Shown here one piece after another: positions 30,276 through 38,596 of a stretch of 64,000 nucleotides of DNA. The stretch's first letter is position 1, and the number at the start of each line of letters is the position of its first letter. The translations under genes and the position numbers were made by a program. Source of the DNA: a virus; the IMG/VR virus record IMGVR_UViG_3300025168_011805, positions 6,558 to 70,557 of that record; one strand, 5' to 3'. Below the pieces are notes generated by a model. The model was not told the DNA's origin and ran no database searches. It worked only from the letters and a program-made list of their open reading frames with translations.

Positions 30276-31360
30276 TACCAATATATCAACCATATCTACC
30301 AAAGAAAAGTGTAGAATATGCAAATGAAGCAATTCAATCAAATTGGATTTCTTCTCTTGGTAAGTATACTTTTATTGCAGCAGAAAAATTAGCTGAAGTT
30401 ACAGAGACAAAGTATTGTGTTCTTACAAACAATGGAACATCCGCAACACATTTGGTAACCAAAAGTCTAAAGAAAAAGTACCCAAATGTTAAGAAAATTT
30501 ATGTCCCGTCTTCTTGCTTCGTTGCTGCTTACAATTGTTTACTGTATGATAATATTGGTTGGGAAATAGAAGCTGTAGATCTATGCAACGAAACATGGAA
30601 TGCAGATTATAGTTCTATAGAACCAGAAAAAAATTCTGCTATAATGGTTGTTCATAACTTAGGTAACATTGTTGATGTCCTAAAACTAAAAGAAAAATTT
30701 GAAGTCCCTATCATAGAAGACAACTGCGAGGGGTTTTTTGGTAAATACAGAGGACACCAGTCCGGATCCAAATCTCTTGCATCATCACTTTCATTTTTTG
30801 GTAACAAAAACATAACCACTGGTGAGGGTGGGGCATTTCTTACTAACGACGAAGCACTATATGACTATGCTAATAAGATAAGAGGACAAGGACAAACTGT
30901 AAAACGATACATCCATGATGATTTGGGATATAATTATAGAATGACAAATGTACACGCAGCTATTTTGCTTGGACAATTAGAGTCGATGGATTCTGTTTAT
31001 GATGAAAAGATGAGAGTCTTTGAAAGATACAAAAATAATTTAAAGAGTAAAGATGGAATAGAGTTGCAGTCCACCGAAGATAATACAGAACACTCGATGT
31101 GGATGAACGGTGTTAAGTTTAACGGTTTAGAGTGTTATGAAGATGCTGATAAATACTTTACATCAAAAGGAATTGAAACTAGACCTATGTTTTATCCTTT
31201 CGATGAACAATCACATTTAAGAACTATACAAGGACCTAGTGAGAACGCAAGAAACCTAAGTGATAGAATAGTAATTTTTCCCTCTTATCCAGAGTTAAAA
31301 AATACTGAAATAGATTATATTTGTTCTTGTATTCTTAAGTTCAGAGAAGAGTTAGAATAA
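30272..31360 (+). CDS. DegT/perosamine-synthase-like sugar aminotransferase
   Basis: WISS.G, NGT.A, IEDNCE, SFFGNKNITTGEGG, GYNYRMTN. Confidence 0.92.
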   Translation: MIPIYQPYLPKKSVEYANEAIQSNWISSLGKYTFIAAEKLAEVTETKYCVLTNNGTSATHLVTKSLKKKYPNVKKIYVPSSCFVAAYNCLLYDNIGWEIEAVDLCNETWNADYSSIEPEKNSAIMVVHNLGNIVDVLKLKEKFEVPIIEDNCEGFFGKYRGHQSGSKSLASSLSFFGNKNITTGEGGAFLTNDEALYDYANKIRGQGQTVKRYIHDDLGYNYRMTNVHAAILLGQLESMDSVYDEKMRVFERYKNNLKSKDGIELQSTEDNTEHSMWMNGVKFNGLECYEDADKYFTSKGIETRPMFYPFDEQSHLRTIQGPSENARNLSDRIVIFPSYPELKNTEIDYICSCILKFREELE

Positions 31361-32361
31361 TGATACTAATTTGTTACGGAACCCGTCCAGAATATTTAAA
31401 GATAAAACCTCTTATGGAAAAACTCAAAGGAGTTGTACCATTCAAGTCAGTGTATGTGCAACAACACAACTCTCTTTTGGATGGAATTGAATCTGATGAG
31501 GTGTTGCATATAAATTGCAACAATGAAAACAGACTGAATTGTTTGATTGCAGAAATTTCAAAAAATTTAACTGTAGAACCATACAGTCATGTTTTAGTTC
31601 AGGGTGATACAGCAACTGCTTTTGCAGTTGCCCTTGCAGCTTTTAATAATAAGAAAAAAGTAATACACTTGGAAGCTGGTCTTAGAACAAAAAACATAGA
31701 CAATCCTTTTCCAGAAGAAGCTTATCGGCAGATGATTAGCAGAATAACTTCTTTGCATCTTTGTCCCACGGAACTCGCAAAAACAAATTTACTTGTAGAG
31801 TGTTGTGCTGGTGAAGTAGAAGTTGTTGGTAATACTGTCTTAGATAATATTGAAAATCCGGATGATATAACACACGAAGATTGTGTTCTTGTGACTCTCC
31901 ATAGAAGAGAAAATCATGAAGTCATAGAAGATTATTTTACTATAATTGATTCTTTGGCAGAAAAATATTCAGACATAGAATTTATTCTTCCTATACACCC
32001 GAACCCAGAAGTTATTAAACATGCAAGTTTGTTTAAGAACATTACACCAGTAGATCCAATGAACCATAAAGATTTGATTTCAGTCTTAAGAAAAGTCAAG
32101 TTGATCATAACAGACAGCGGTGGTATACAAGAGGAGGCTTCTTTCTTGAGGAAAAAGGCCATAGTCTGTAGGAAGTCTACAGAAAGAAAAGAAAGTGTGG
32201 GACAGACTAGTTTTATTTGCTCATCCCCGAGTGAACTGTCTGTTCTTTTTGATGAGTTGATAAATGATTTTAAAGTTTCGCCTGATTATGTTTGTCCGTA
32301 TGGCTCTGGCGATTCATCTGAGAAGTGTGTTGATATTTTGGCAGAGTGGATAAACAAATGA
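31360..32361 (+). CDS. wecB: UDP-GlcNAc 2-epimerase (WecB-like, probably non-hydrolysing)
   Basis: GTRPE, QGDT, HLEAGLR, PFPEE, TLHRREN, TDSGGIQEEA. Confidence 0.92.
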   Translation: MILICYGTRPEYLKIKPLMEKLKGVVPFKSVYVQQHNSLLDGIESDEVLHINCNNENRLNCLIAEISKNLTVEPYSHVLVQGDTATAFAVALAAFNNKKKVIHLEAGLRTKNIDNPFPEEAYRQMISRITSLHLCPTELAKTNLLVECCAGEVEVVGNTVLDNIENPDDITHEDCVLVTLHRRENHEVIEDYFTIIDSLAEKYSDIEFILPIHPNPEVIKHASLFKNITPVDPMNHKDLISVLRKVKLIITDSGGIQEEASFLRKKAIVCRKSTERKESVGQTSFICSSPSELSVLFDELINDFKVSPDYVCPYGSGDSSEKCVDILAEWINK

Positions 32362-32657
32362 TTTATTGTTTCGATCTTGATGGAACTCTGTGTACACAGA
32401 GAGATGGTGATTATTCTAAAGCAGAACCCTATGTGAATAGAATCGAGAAAGTTAATTCTTTATATGATTCTGGACACACGATATACATAGAAACTGCAAG
32501 GGGAACCGAGACTGGTATAGATTGGAATGAAGCGACTAAAAATCAACTCAGGACATGGGGTGTTAAGTATCACCAATTAAGAGCTGGTATTAAGTTTGCT
32601 GCAACTTACTACATAGATGATAGAGCTGTTCATGTTGATGACTTTTTTAAAGAATAG
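32358..32657 (+). CDS. Small HAD capsule-biosynthesis phosphatase
   Basis: FDLDGTLC, TARG, YIDDRA. Confidence 0.85.
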   Translation: MIYCFDLDGTLCTQRDGDYSKAEPYVNRIEKVNSLYDSGHTIYIETARGTETGIDWNEATKNQLRTWGVKYHQLRAGIKFAATYYIDDRAVHVDDFFKE

Positions 32658-32670
32658 AATTTAGGAGTGT

Positions 32671-33930
32671 ATGATGAGTAAAAGACCTAATGGAGTGAGT
32701 GTGACTCTTTGTATGATTGTGAAGAACGAGACACACATCATAGAAGAGTGTCTTCGTTCAATGGCAAAGTATGTTGATCGTTATGATATTACCGACACTG
32801 GTTCTGATGATGGAACCCCCGAGCTTATCAAAAAGGTAATGGACGAAGAGGGTGTCCCCGGAACTGTCCATCTTTCTGATTGGAAAGGCTTCGGTGATCA
32901 TGGTGGTAAGATGGGATCAAGAAGTGAAGCAATCAACAATGCAAAAGCAAGTGGTTCCAAGTATGCGTGGATGATTGACGCAGATGACTTCATCGACGGT
33001 GAATTTGAATATCCAAAAAACATGACAGCAGACGGTTATACTTTAAAGATCGGTAGAGGTGATTTTGTTTGGTGGAGAAACCAAATTTTTAATCTCGATA
33101 CTGATTGGAGATACGTTGGTGTTTTACATGAGTATGCAGAGTGTAGAGGTAAACCAAATGCACACATTGAAAAAATTGTAGGGAAGTATTTAATCAATGC
33201 CCGCACGGAAGGTAACAGAAATGTTGGCATCACTCCTATTGAAAAATATTCTCGTGACGCAGATGTGTTGAAAGAAGCTCTGGAAGAAGAACCAGAAAAT
33301 CACCGCTATTGGTTCTATCTTGGACAGAGTTATTTTGATTCTCAGCAGTGGGAAAAATCAAGAGATGCTTATAACAAGAGAGCAACTCTAGGTGGATGGA
33401 ATGAAGAAGTCTACTATTCTCTTCTTCGAGTTGCAATGCTTCATGGGATCTTAGAAGATTCCTTTGAGAATATTGCTGCTAAGTTCTTAGAAGCATATCA
33501 TTGCAGACCTATTCGTGCAGAACCTCTATATCTTCTTTCTAGGATGTACAGACAGAAGGATATGCCTGCGATAGCATATCTCTATGCAAAGATGGGACTT
33601 GAAATTAATTATCCCGAACATGATATTTTGTTTATTCAAGATGACATCTATAAGTATGGGTTGTTGGATGAGATTGGGGCTACTGCATATTATGCAGGAA
33701 AACCACATGTTGGGTATCATGCATGTAAGAAACTCCTAGATTCTAATTTGATTCCTTCTGGTGAGAGAGAACGTGTTATGCAAAATATTAATTCTTATGA
33801 AAAGATTTTATCTGAACATCACCAACAAACCGCACAGGTATCACTGCAAGATAAACTCAAAGAGAAAGAAAAGAAAGCTTCAATTAAACCAAAGACATAC
33901 AAAAAGAAAAAGAGAAATTCTAGTAGATAA
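32671..33930 (+). CDS. GT2 glycosyltransferase fused to TPR repeats
   Basis: CMIVKNE, DTGSDDGT, DADD, GVLHE, then helical repeats (RYWFYLGQSY, EVYYSL, RAEPLY). Confidence 0.9.
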   Translation: MMSKRPNGVSVTLCMIVKNETHIIEECLRSMAKYVDRYDITDTGSDDGTPELIKKVMDEEGVPGTVHLSDWKGFGDHGGKMGSRSEAINNAKASGSKYAWMIDADDFIDGEFEYPKNMTADGYTLKIGRGDFVWWRNQIFNLDTDWRYVGVLHEYAECRGKPNAHIEKIVGKYLINARTEGNRNVGITPIEKYSRDADVLKEALEEEPENHRYWFYLGQSYFDSQQWEKSRDAYNKRATLGGWNEEVYYSLLRVAMLHGILEDSFENIAAKFLEAYHCRPIRAEPLYLLSRMYRQKDMPAIAYLYAKMGLEINYPEHDILFIQDDIYKYGLLDEIGATAYYAGKPHVGYHACKKLLDSNLIPSGERERVMQNINSYEKILSEHHQQTAQVSLQDKLKEKEKKASIKPKTYKKKKRNSSR

Positions 33931-33933
33931 TTG

Positions 33934-35358
33934 ATGTTTAAGCTTAAGGAAAAATATTTAATTGTTTCGACTTTCAATGAGCTACTGCCAGGCGGTTTGA
34001 TTGTAGAAACAACCGACGAGGAATGTGGTGAGCAATTCTCTCTCGGTGGTTTTTCTGTCAACACATTTAAAGTAAAAACTGAACAGGGTGATGTTTTTTG
34101 TTTTGATGGGTCACCTAGCAAATTAAAAGAAATCTTCTTACATGTTGATGATGATTTTGTTGAATCTTTAAACGTTGAATTTAGACTAACAAAGAATTTA
34201 TCTGAAGAATTAATTGAGAATCAAAGATTTAAATTATATCCTTTAGAAAAAGAAGATTATGTCGTTTCTCTAGATGAAGGAACTGATGAAATAAAATTTG
34301 TTGATTCAGAGGGAGTTGTTTTCTTATTCAAGGGATCTACTGAATTTATAGAAAGTTTGTTTACTCCAGTTATTGAAATGACTCCAGATGAAATAATTTC
34401 TGAATTGGCAGGTTCTGATGGATCTGTTGGGGAAACTGGATCAGAGGGACAACAAGGTGAAATTGGAGAACGTGGTCCAATTGGACGAGAAGGAAAACGA
34501 GGTCAACGCGGCGCTAAGGGCAATCCCGGAGAGCGTGGTGAACAGGGTGTACAAGGTGAGCAGGGTGTACAAGGTGAGCAGGGTGGACAAGGTGAGCAAG
34601 GTGAACGCGGAGAGCAGGGAGAGCGTGGAGAGCAGGGTGAGCAGGGTGAAAAGGGAGATCTCGGTGATAGAGGAAGCGATGGCAAAGACGGCATCGATGG
34701 TTTGGAAGGTCCACAAGGAAAAGGTGGGCGAGCAGGTAAAGACGGTAAAGACGGAAACGATGGAGTTGATGGGAAAGATGGAGTTGATGGGAAAGATGGA
34801 CGAGATGGATCAAAAGGAATCGCCGGAAAAAATGGATCTCCCGGAAAACCAGGTCCAGTAGGTCCCAAAGGACAACGAGGACTAAATGGTGAACAGGGCG
34901 ATCAAGGCGAAAAGGGTGATCAGGGTGATGTAGGTGATGTGGGTTTTGTCAACGCAAAGTATCCACTTACATATGACGCAGAGAAAAAAACAATATCCCT
35001 TGATCAAAAATCATTCGAACAACTTTTGTCTTTGCCGGGAACAGATCCCATGCTGGCTAGTAATTTAATAAACGCCATGTATGGAGGCGGGGGTGGCTTA
35101 GGTGCTCTCAAAGATGGCAAAAGATTACGAAAAGATATAACGGATCTTGACTTTACCGGAAAGCAAATCAACGCGGATGTGCAGCGAGAGGGAACTAGAG
35201 TAGAAGTTAGTTTGAATAAAGTCTCCAGAACCTTTTATAACACCCAAAGTGAAATAGAGGCACTTTCTGTGTCTGAATTTGTTGATGGGGATTTTCATGT
35301 CAATACCGATACAGGCTCCGTCTATGTTAGAAGTGGTGGATCATGGATAGAAATATGA
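33934..35358 (+). CDS. Collagen-like virion fibre protein
   Basis: About 60 uninterrupted Gly-X-Y triplets, GGGGG linker, C-terminal GDF..TDTGSVY..W module. Confidence 0.85.
   Translation: MFKLKEKYLIVSTFNELLPGGLIVETTDEECGEQFSLGGFSVNTFKVKTEQGDVFCFDGSPSKLKEIFLHVDDDFVESLNVEFRLTKNLSEELIENQRFKLYPLEKEDYVVSLDEGTDEIKFVDSEGVVFLFKGSTEFIESLFTPVIEMTPDEIISELAGSDGSVGETGSEGQQGEIGERGPIGREGKRGQRGAKGNPGERGEQGVQGEQGVQGEQGGQGEQGERGEQGERGEQGEQGEKGDLGDRGSDGKDGIDGLEGPQGKGGRAGKDGKDGNDGVDGKDGVDGKDGRDGSKGIAGKNGSPGKPGPVGPKGQRGLNGEQGDQGEKGDQGDVGDVGFVNAKYPLTYDAEKKTISLDQKSFEQLLSLPGTDPMLASNLINAMYGGGGGLGALKDGKRLRKDITDLDFTGKQINADVQREGTRVEVSLNKVSRTFYNTQSEIEALSVSEFVDGDFHVNTDTGSVYVRSGGSWIEI
34411..34950 (+). repeat. Collagen Gly-X-Y coding repeats (9- and 18-nt units such as ggtgagcag and gatggagttgatgggaaa)
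   Basis: Direct reading of sequence and translation. Confidence 0.95.
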
Positions 35359-35364
35359 TAAATA
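35357..35364 (+). promoter_or_regulatory. T4-type late promoter variant GATAAATA
   Basis: 7/8 match to TATAAATA, 18 nt before the fibre gene, GGAG RBS. Confidence 0.55.
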
Positions 35365-35382
35365 GTATAAAGTGGAGTAGTC

Positions 35383-36936
35383 ATGCCAAGTTTAACTAGT
35401 TTTCCCGGAACACCAAGTATAGGACAAAAGTACGCCATTGGAAATGTACAATGGAAGTACAATGGTTATGCTTGGGATAAAGAATTTCACGGACATACAG
35501 GTGAGCAGCTCATTGGCTCTATTGGTGGGACTACGGGCGATATTGATTTATGTTATCCCGGTTTAACTATCTCTGGTCAAACACTTTGTATTGATAACAC
35601 TGCACATATTCATGTTGCAGGAATTTCCTCTGATGGTGGTGCAACTTTTGGTGGCGGCGTGAAGATCACTTCCGGTGACCTCGATCTTTCCAACAATCTC
35701 ATCTTCGGAAGTGCTAATGGTATTCAAGTTGGTGGGGATGAGCCAACAATTAAATTTGAATCTGATAATAAAATATCAATAGGTGACCCCGAAGACGGAG
35801 GCAACTCAACTTTTCTTGTGGTTGATGATCCTCAAGGGGAGATTGTCTTCAATGCCGGCTTAGCTAAAAGACTAGAAATAAACTCTACTGGTGTTTCCGC
35901 AGGAGTAACTCTATCTGTAGGTAAAGATATTGTCGTCGCAAGTGGACAAGATATCATCCTCGCTGGATCTGCTGGTATTTCTGCTTCTAATATTCGTGGT
36001 GTTAATAATCTGGCATTTGGGGATGGCACAACACAGGATACGGCCTCCAGAGGACCAGGTGGTCTTAAGTATATCGTAACCTCAACTACATTCGGTGCTG
36101 CGCCTACCGCTCAGGGTCAAGCTACAATCGTGAGTAATCTTGGTGGTGCAATTGATAGTGTTAATATCTTTGATACAGATCTAAACGGAAATGATGTCGC
36201 TACAATCATGGAGCTTATGGCAGCCAATGGTGGTGTAATTCAGTTCCAGAATGATGCAGGAACCGAATTCATGTTTGCTGGTGTTGCTTTTAGTGACATC
36301 ACCGCATACAACCTCGCTTTTAGTAGCAATGTTCTTACCCTTACCAATATGACTGGATTTCAAGTTGATACGTCACCATCACTTGGTGATACAATGTACA
36401 TCACAATAATTCCCAACCTTTCACAAGCTGTTACTGGTCTTGGTGGAACTAATTTATGGAATAAAAATCTTATCATTGTCCCTGCGAACGGTGGAATCAC
36501 CGTCGAGAATCAAACCAATGTAGGTCAACTTCGTTTACAAGATAATATTGGGAAGGGTGTTACTTTCGAAAAGGGGATTATAGTCGGAGCAAGTGGAGTT
36601 ACTTTTAGTGACGGCACCTCTACATCGACTTCATTGAGAACAGATTCATATACTGGTCAGATAGAAACAGCAGCAGACAAAACATATACCATAGATCCAC
36701 TGGTTTCAACTGCAAGAACTATTACTGGATATTTTATTAAATCTGGTTCTGGTACGGTGACAGCAACTCTGAAAAATGCAGCCGCCACAATTAAAGCTGC
36801 TAGTGTTAGTACCACTAGTGGTGATCAGAGTTCATTGGGGAATACTTCAGTGGCTGCGGGGGCAACCTTGAGTATCATTACATCCAGTAACTCATCTGCA
36901 ACGGATGTCATCTTTAATGTGGAATATACTTCATGA
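35383..36936 (+). CDS. Tail/capsid fibre-like structural protein
   Basis: N-terminal FP.TP..GQ....WKYNG..W module; G/S/T-rich beta-type composition; repeated TFxDGT. Confidence 0.7.
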   Translation: MPSLTSFPGTPSIGQKYAIGNVQWKYNGYAWDKEFHGHTGEQLIGSIGGTTGDIDLCYPGLTISGQTLCIDNTAHIHVAGISSDGGATFGGGVKITSGDLDLSNNLIFGSANGIQVGGDEPTIKFESDNKISIGDPEDGGNSTFLVVDDPQGEIVFNAGLAKRLEINSTGVSAGVTLSVGKDIVVASGQDIILAGSAGISASNIRGVNNLAFGDGTTQDTASRGPGGLKYIVTSTTFGAAPTAQGQATIVSNLGGAIDSVNIFDTDLNGNDVATIMELMAANGGVIQFQNDAGTEFMFAGVAFSDITAYNLAFSSNVLTLTNMTGFQVDTSPSLGDTMYITIIPNLSQAVTGLGGTNLWNKNLIIVPANGGITVENQTNVGQLRLQDNIGKGVTFEKGIIVGASGVTFSDGTSTSTSLRTDSYTGQIETAADKTYTIDPLVSTARTITGYFIKSGSGTVTATLKNAAATIKAASVSTTSGDQSSLGNTSVAAGATLSIITSSNSSATDVIFNVEYTS

Positions 36937-37400
36937 CTCCTCCACGCTGGTTATTTTTTCCTACACAGTCAACGGATCCGCAGTACATATATGTCGTCGC
37001 GACGAGTCGCACGGTCTCCAAAGGCTCCGCCAGCCCCGAGAACAGAAATCAGGACAGCACAGGAACAGAAAGCGGAGATCTTGCCGATCAGTTCGCTCCG
37101 TTTGACACAAGTGCCCAATTCCAATTAGCCAACTCAAATCTGATCAGATTCAAAATGAACAACTCGGACACTACGTCAGATTTATACGGATCAAAAACAG
37201 CAATTGGTAATAATATTACTTCTGCTACATTGACTGTTGGATCTAATACGTATACCGCAGAATCTATTAGTATAGGTGGTCAAGATGCAAGACCTAGAAT
37301 TGATATGGCAACATCCAGCAACGCTGCTCAAACTTTTTGGGAAGCAAATGGTCTAGACGACACTGATAATATCACCATTACCGTTACATTAACTTTCTGA
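36933..37400 (+). CDS. Putative structural protein (S/T/N-rich)
   Basis: ATGA coupling to fibre gene; composition. Confidence 0.6.
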   Translation: MTPPRWLFFPTQSTDPQYIYVVATSRTVSKGSASPENRNQDSTGTESGDLADQFAPFDTSAQFQLANSNLIRFKMNNSDTTSDLYGSKTAIGNNITSATLTVGSNTYTAESISIGGQDARPRIDMATSSNAAQTFWEANGLDDTDNITITVTLTF

Positions 37401-37413
37401 TAAGGAATATCCA

Positions 37414-37632
37414 ATGATTAATATCCAACACTACGCCGCTCTTATTGCAGATGTCAATAAGATGCAATCGAGGCTTGAAGCCATCGCATACAACTTTAAA
37501 GAAGAAGCACCTAAAACTGATCTAGACACTCAGTTGATCGACGCTTTGGTAGCTACTGCGACTGGTCTGTTGGCAAATGCAGAAACCATCAAAACTATTG
37601 CTTACGATCCAACCCCAGTCGATGAAGGTTAG
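37414..37632 (+). CDS. Small hypothetical protein
   Basis: AAGGA RBS; ORF fills gap. Confidence 0.6.
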   Translation: MINIQHYAALIADVNKMQSRLEAIAYNFKEEAPKTDLDTQLIDALVATATGLLANAETIKTIAYDPTPVDEG

Positions 37633-37644
37633 TAGCAAAATAAC

Positions 37645-37673
37645 TTGACAACATAACTTTTTTACCGTATAAT
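37645..37673 (+). promoter_or_regulatory. Consensus sigma70 promoter TTGACA-17-TATAAT for the dut-gp43 operon
   Basis: Perfect consensus read from sequence. Confidence 0.9.
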
Positions 37674-37703
37674 TCATATAAACCATGTGGAGATTCTATA
37701 CTT

Positions 37704-38273
37704 ATGTCAGAGACTATGAAAATATACAAATTGTATTCGAATGTGATACAAGTAAAAAAGGGCAGTGAAGGTGCTGCTTGTTTTGATGTTCATGCACACA
37801 TGCGTGGACCTGTTCTTGCTGAAGATATCCCCCCAACAATCCGATCAATAAATTGGTTTGATTCTTATAATCAACCACATGAAACAATCCCCGAAGTTAC
37901 ATTCATGAGTGATGATCCTGTAACCACTTTCCAACTCGGACCCAAATGTCGTGCGTTGATTCCAACTGGTATGGTATTGGATATTCCCGCTGGTTTCTCT
38001 GGTAGAATCCACCCTCGATCAGGTAACGCATGGAAAAATGGTGTTACTTTGATAAATGCAGAAGGTGTTATTGATTCAGACTATTGCAATGAATTGCTTG
38101 TCCCCTTATACAACACCACAAACATTCCATTTGTCATTACACATGGTGATAGGATTGCACAACTTGAAATTACAAAACCATATAATGAAATAAGTCTTAT
38201 AACTTACACAGAAGCAAAACCAAAAAATCAAAAAACCAACCGGAAGGGTGGGTTTGGATCTACAGGAGTATGA
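37704..38273 (+). CDS. dut: Trimeric dUTPase
   Basis: AACFD, RSG, GVIDSDY, GDRIAQ, RKGGFGSTG. Confidence 0.95.
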   Translation: MSETMKIYKLYSNVIQVKKGSEGAACFDVHAHMRGPVLAEDIPPTIRSINWFDSYNQPHETIPEVTFMSDDPVTTFQLGPKCRALIPTGMVLDIPAGFSGRIHPRSGNAWKNGVTLINAEGVIDSDYCNELLVPLYNTTNIPFVITHGDRIAQLEITKPYNEISLITYTEAKPKNQKTNRKGGFGSTGV

Positions 38274-38596
38274 ATATGAATCGTGACGAATTACTAAAAT
38301 TTCATGAAGAAATTTGTGGAACTGCTAGAGATCTGATGAATCTTAAAAATAGAGATTATGCAGGCAATGATGGAACCGAACCATTTGCAAATTTTACCCG
38401 ATGTGAATCTATGGGTATATGTGAAACTGAACAAGGTTTTATGGTTAGAGTTACCGACAAGATGAGTAGGTTGAGTTCTTTCCTCAAATCAGGAAAAATG
38501 CATGTTGAAGATGAGAGTTTTTCTGATACAATAGTTGATGTAATAAATTACATGGTTCTTTTGGCTGCTTACGTTAAGGATAAAGATAGTGAATGA
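38270..38596 (+). CDS. All-alpha nucleotide pyrophosphatase-like protein (DUF1599/nucleotide-modification-associated type)
   Basis: KNRDYAG..PFANF, R..DK.SRL, ES..DT..D..NY. Confidence 0.7.
   Translation: MNMNRDELLKFHEEICGTARDLMNLKNRDYAGNDGTEPFANFTRCESMGICETEQGFMVRVTDKMSRLSSFLKSGKMHVEDESFSDTIVDVINYMVLLAAYVKDKDSE

Noticed and set aside
34418-34868. Several overlapping ORFs with repetitive translations (e.g. SPCSPR)
   Set aside because: Shadow frames of the collagen repeats.
34411-34950. CRISPR-like or VNTR array
   Set aside because: In-frame Gly-X-Y coding repeats without unique spacers; no CRISPR array seen in the window.
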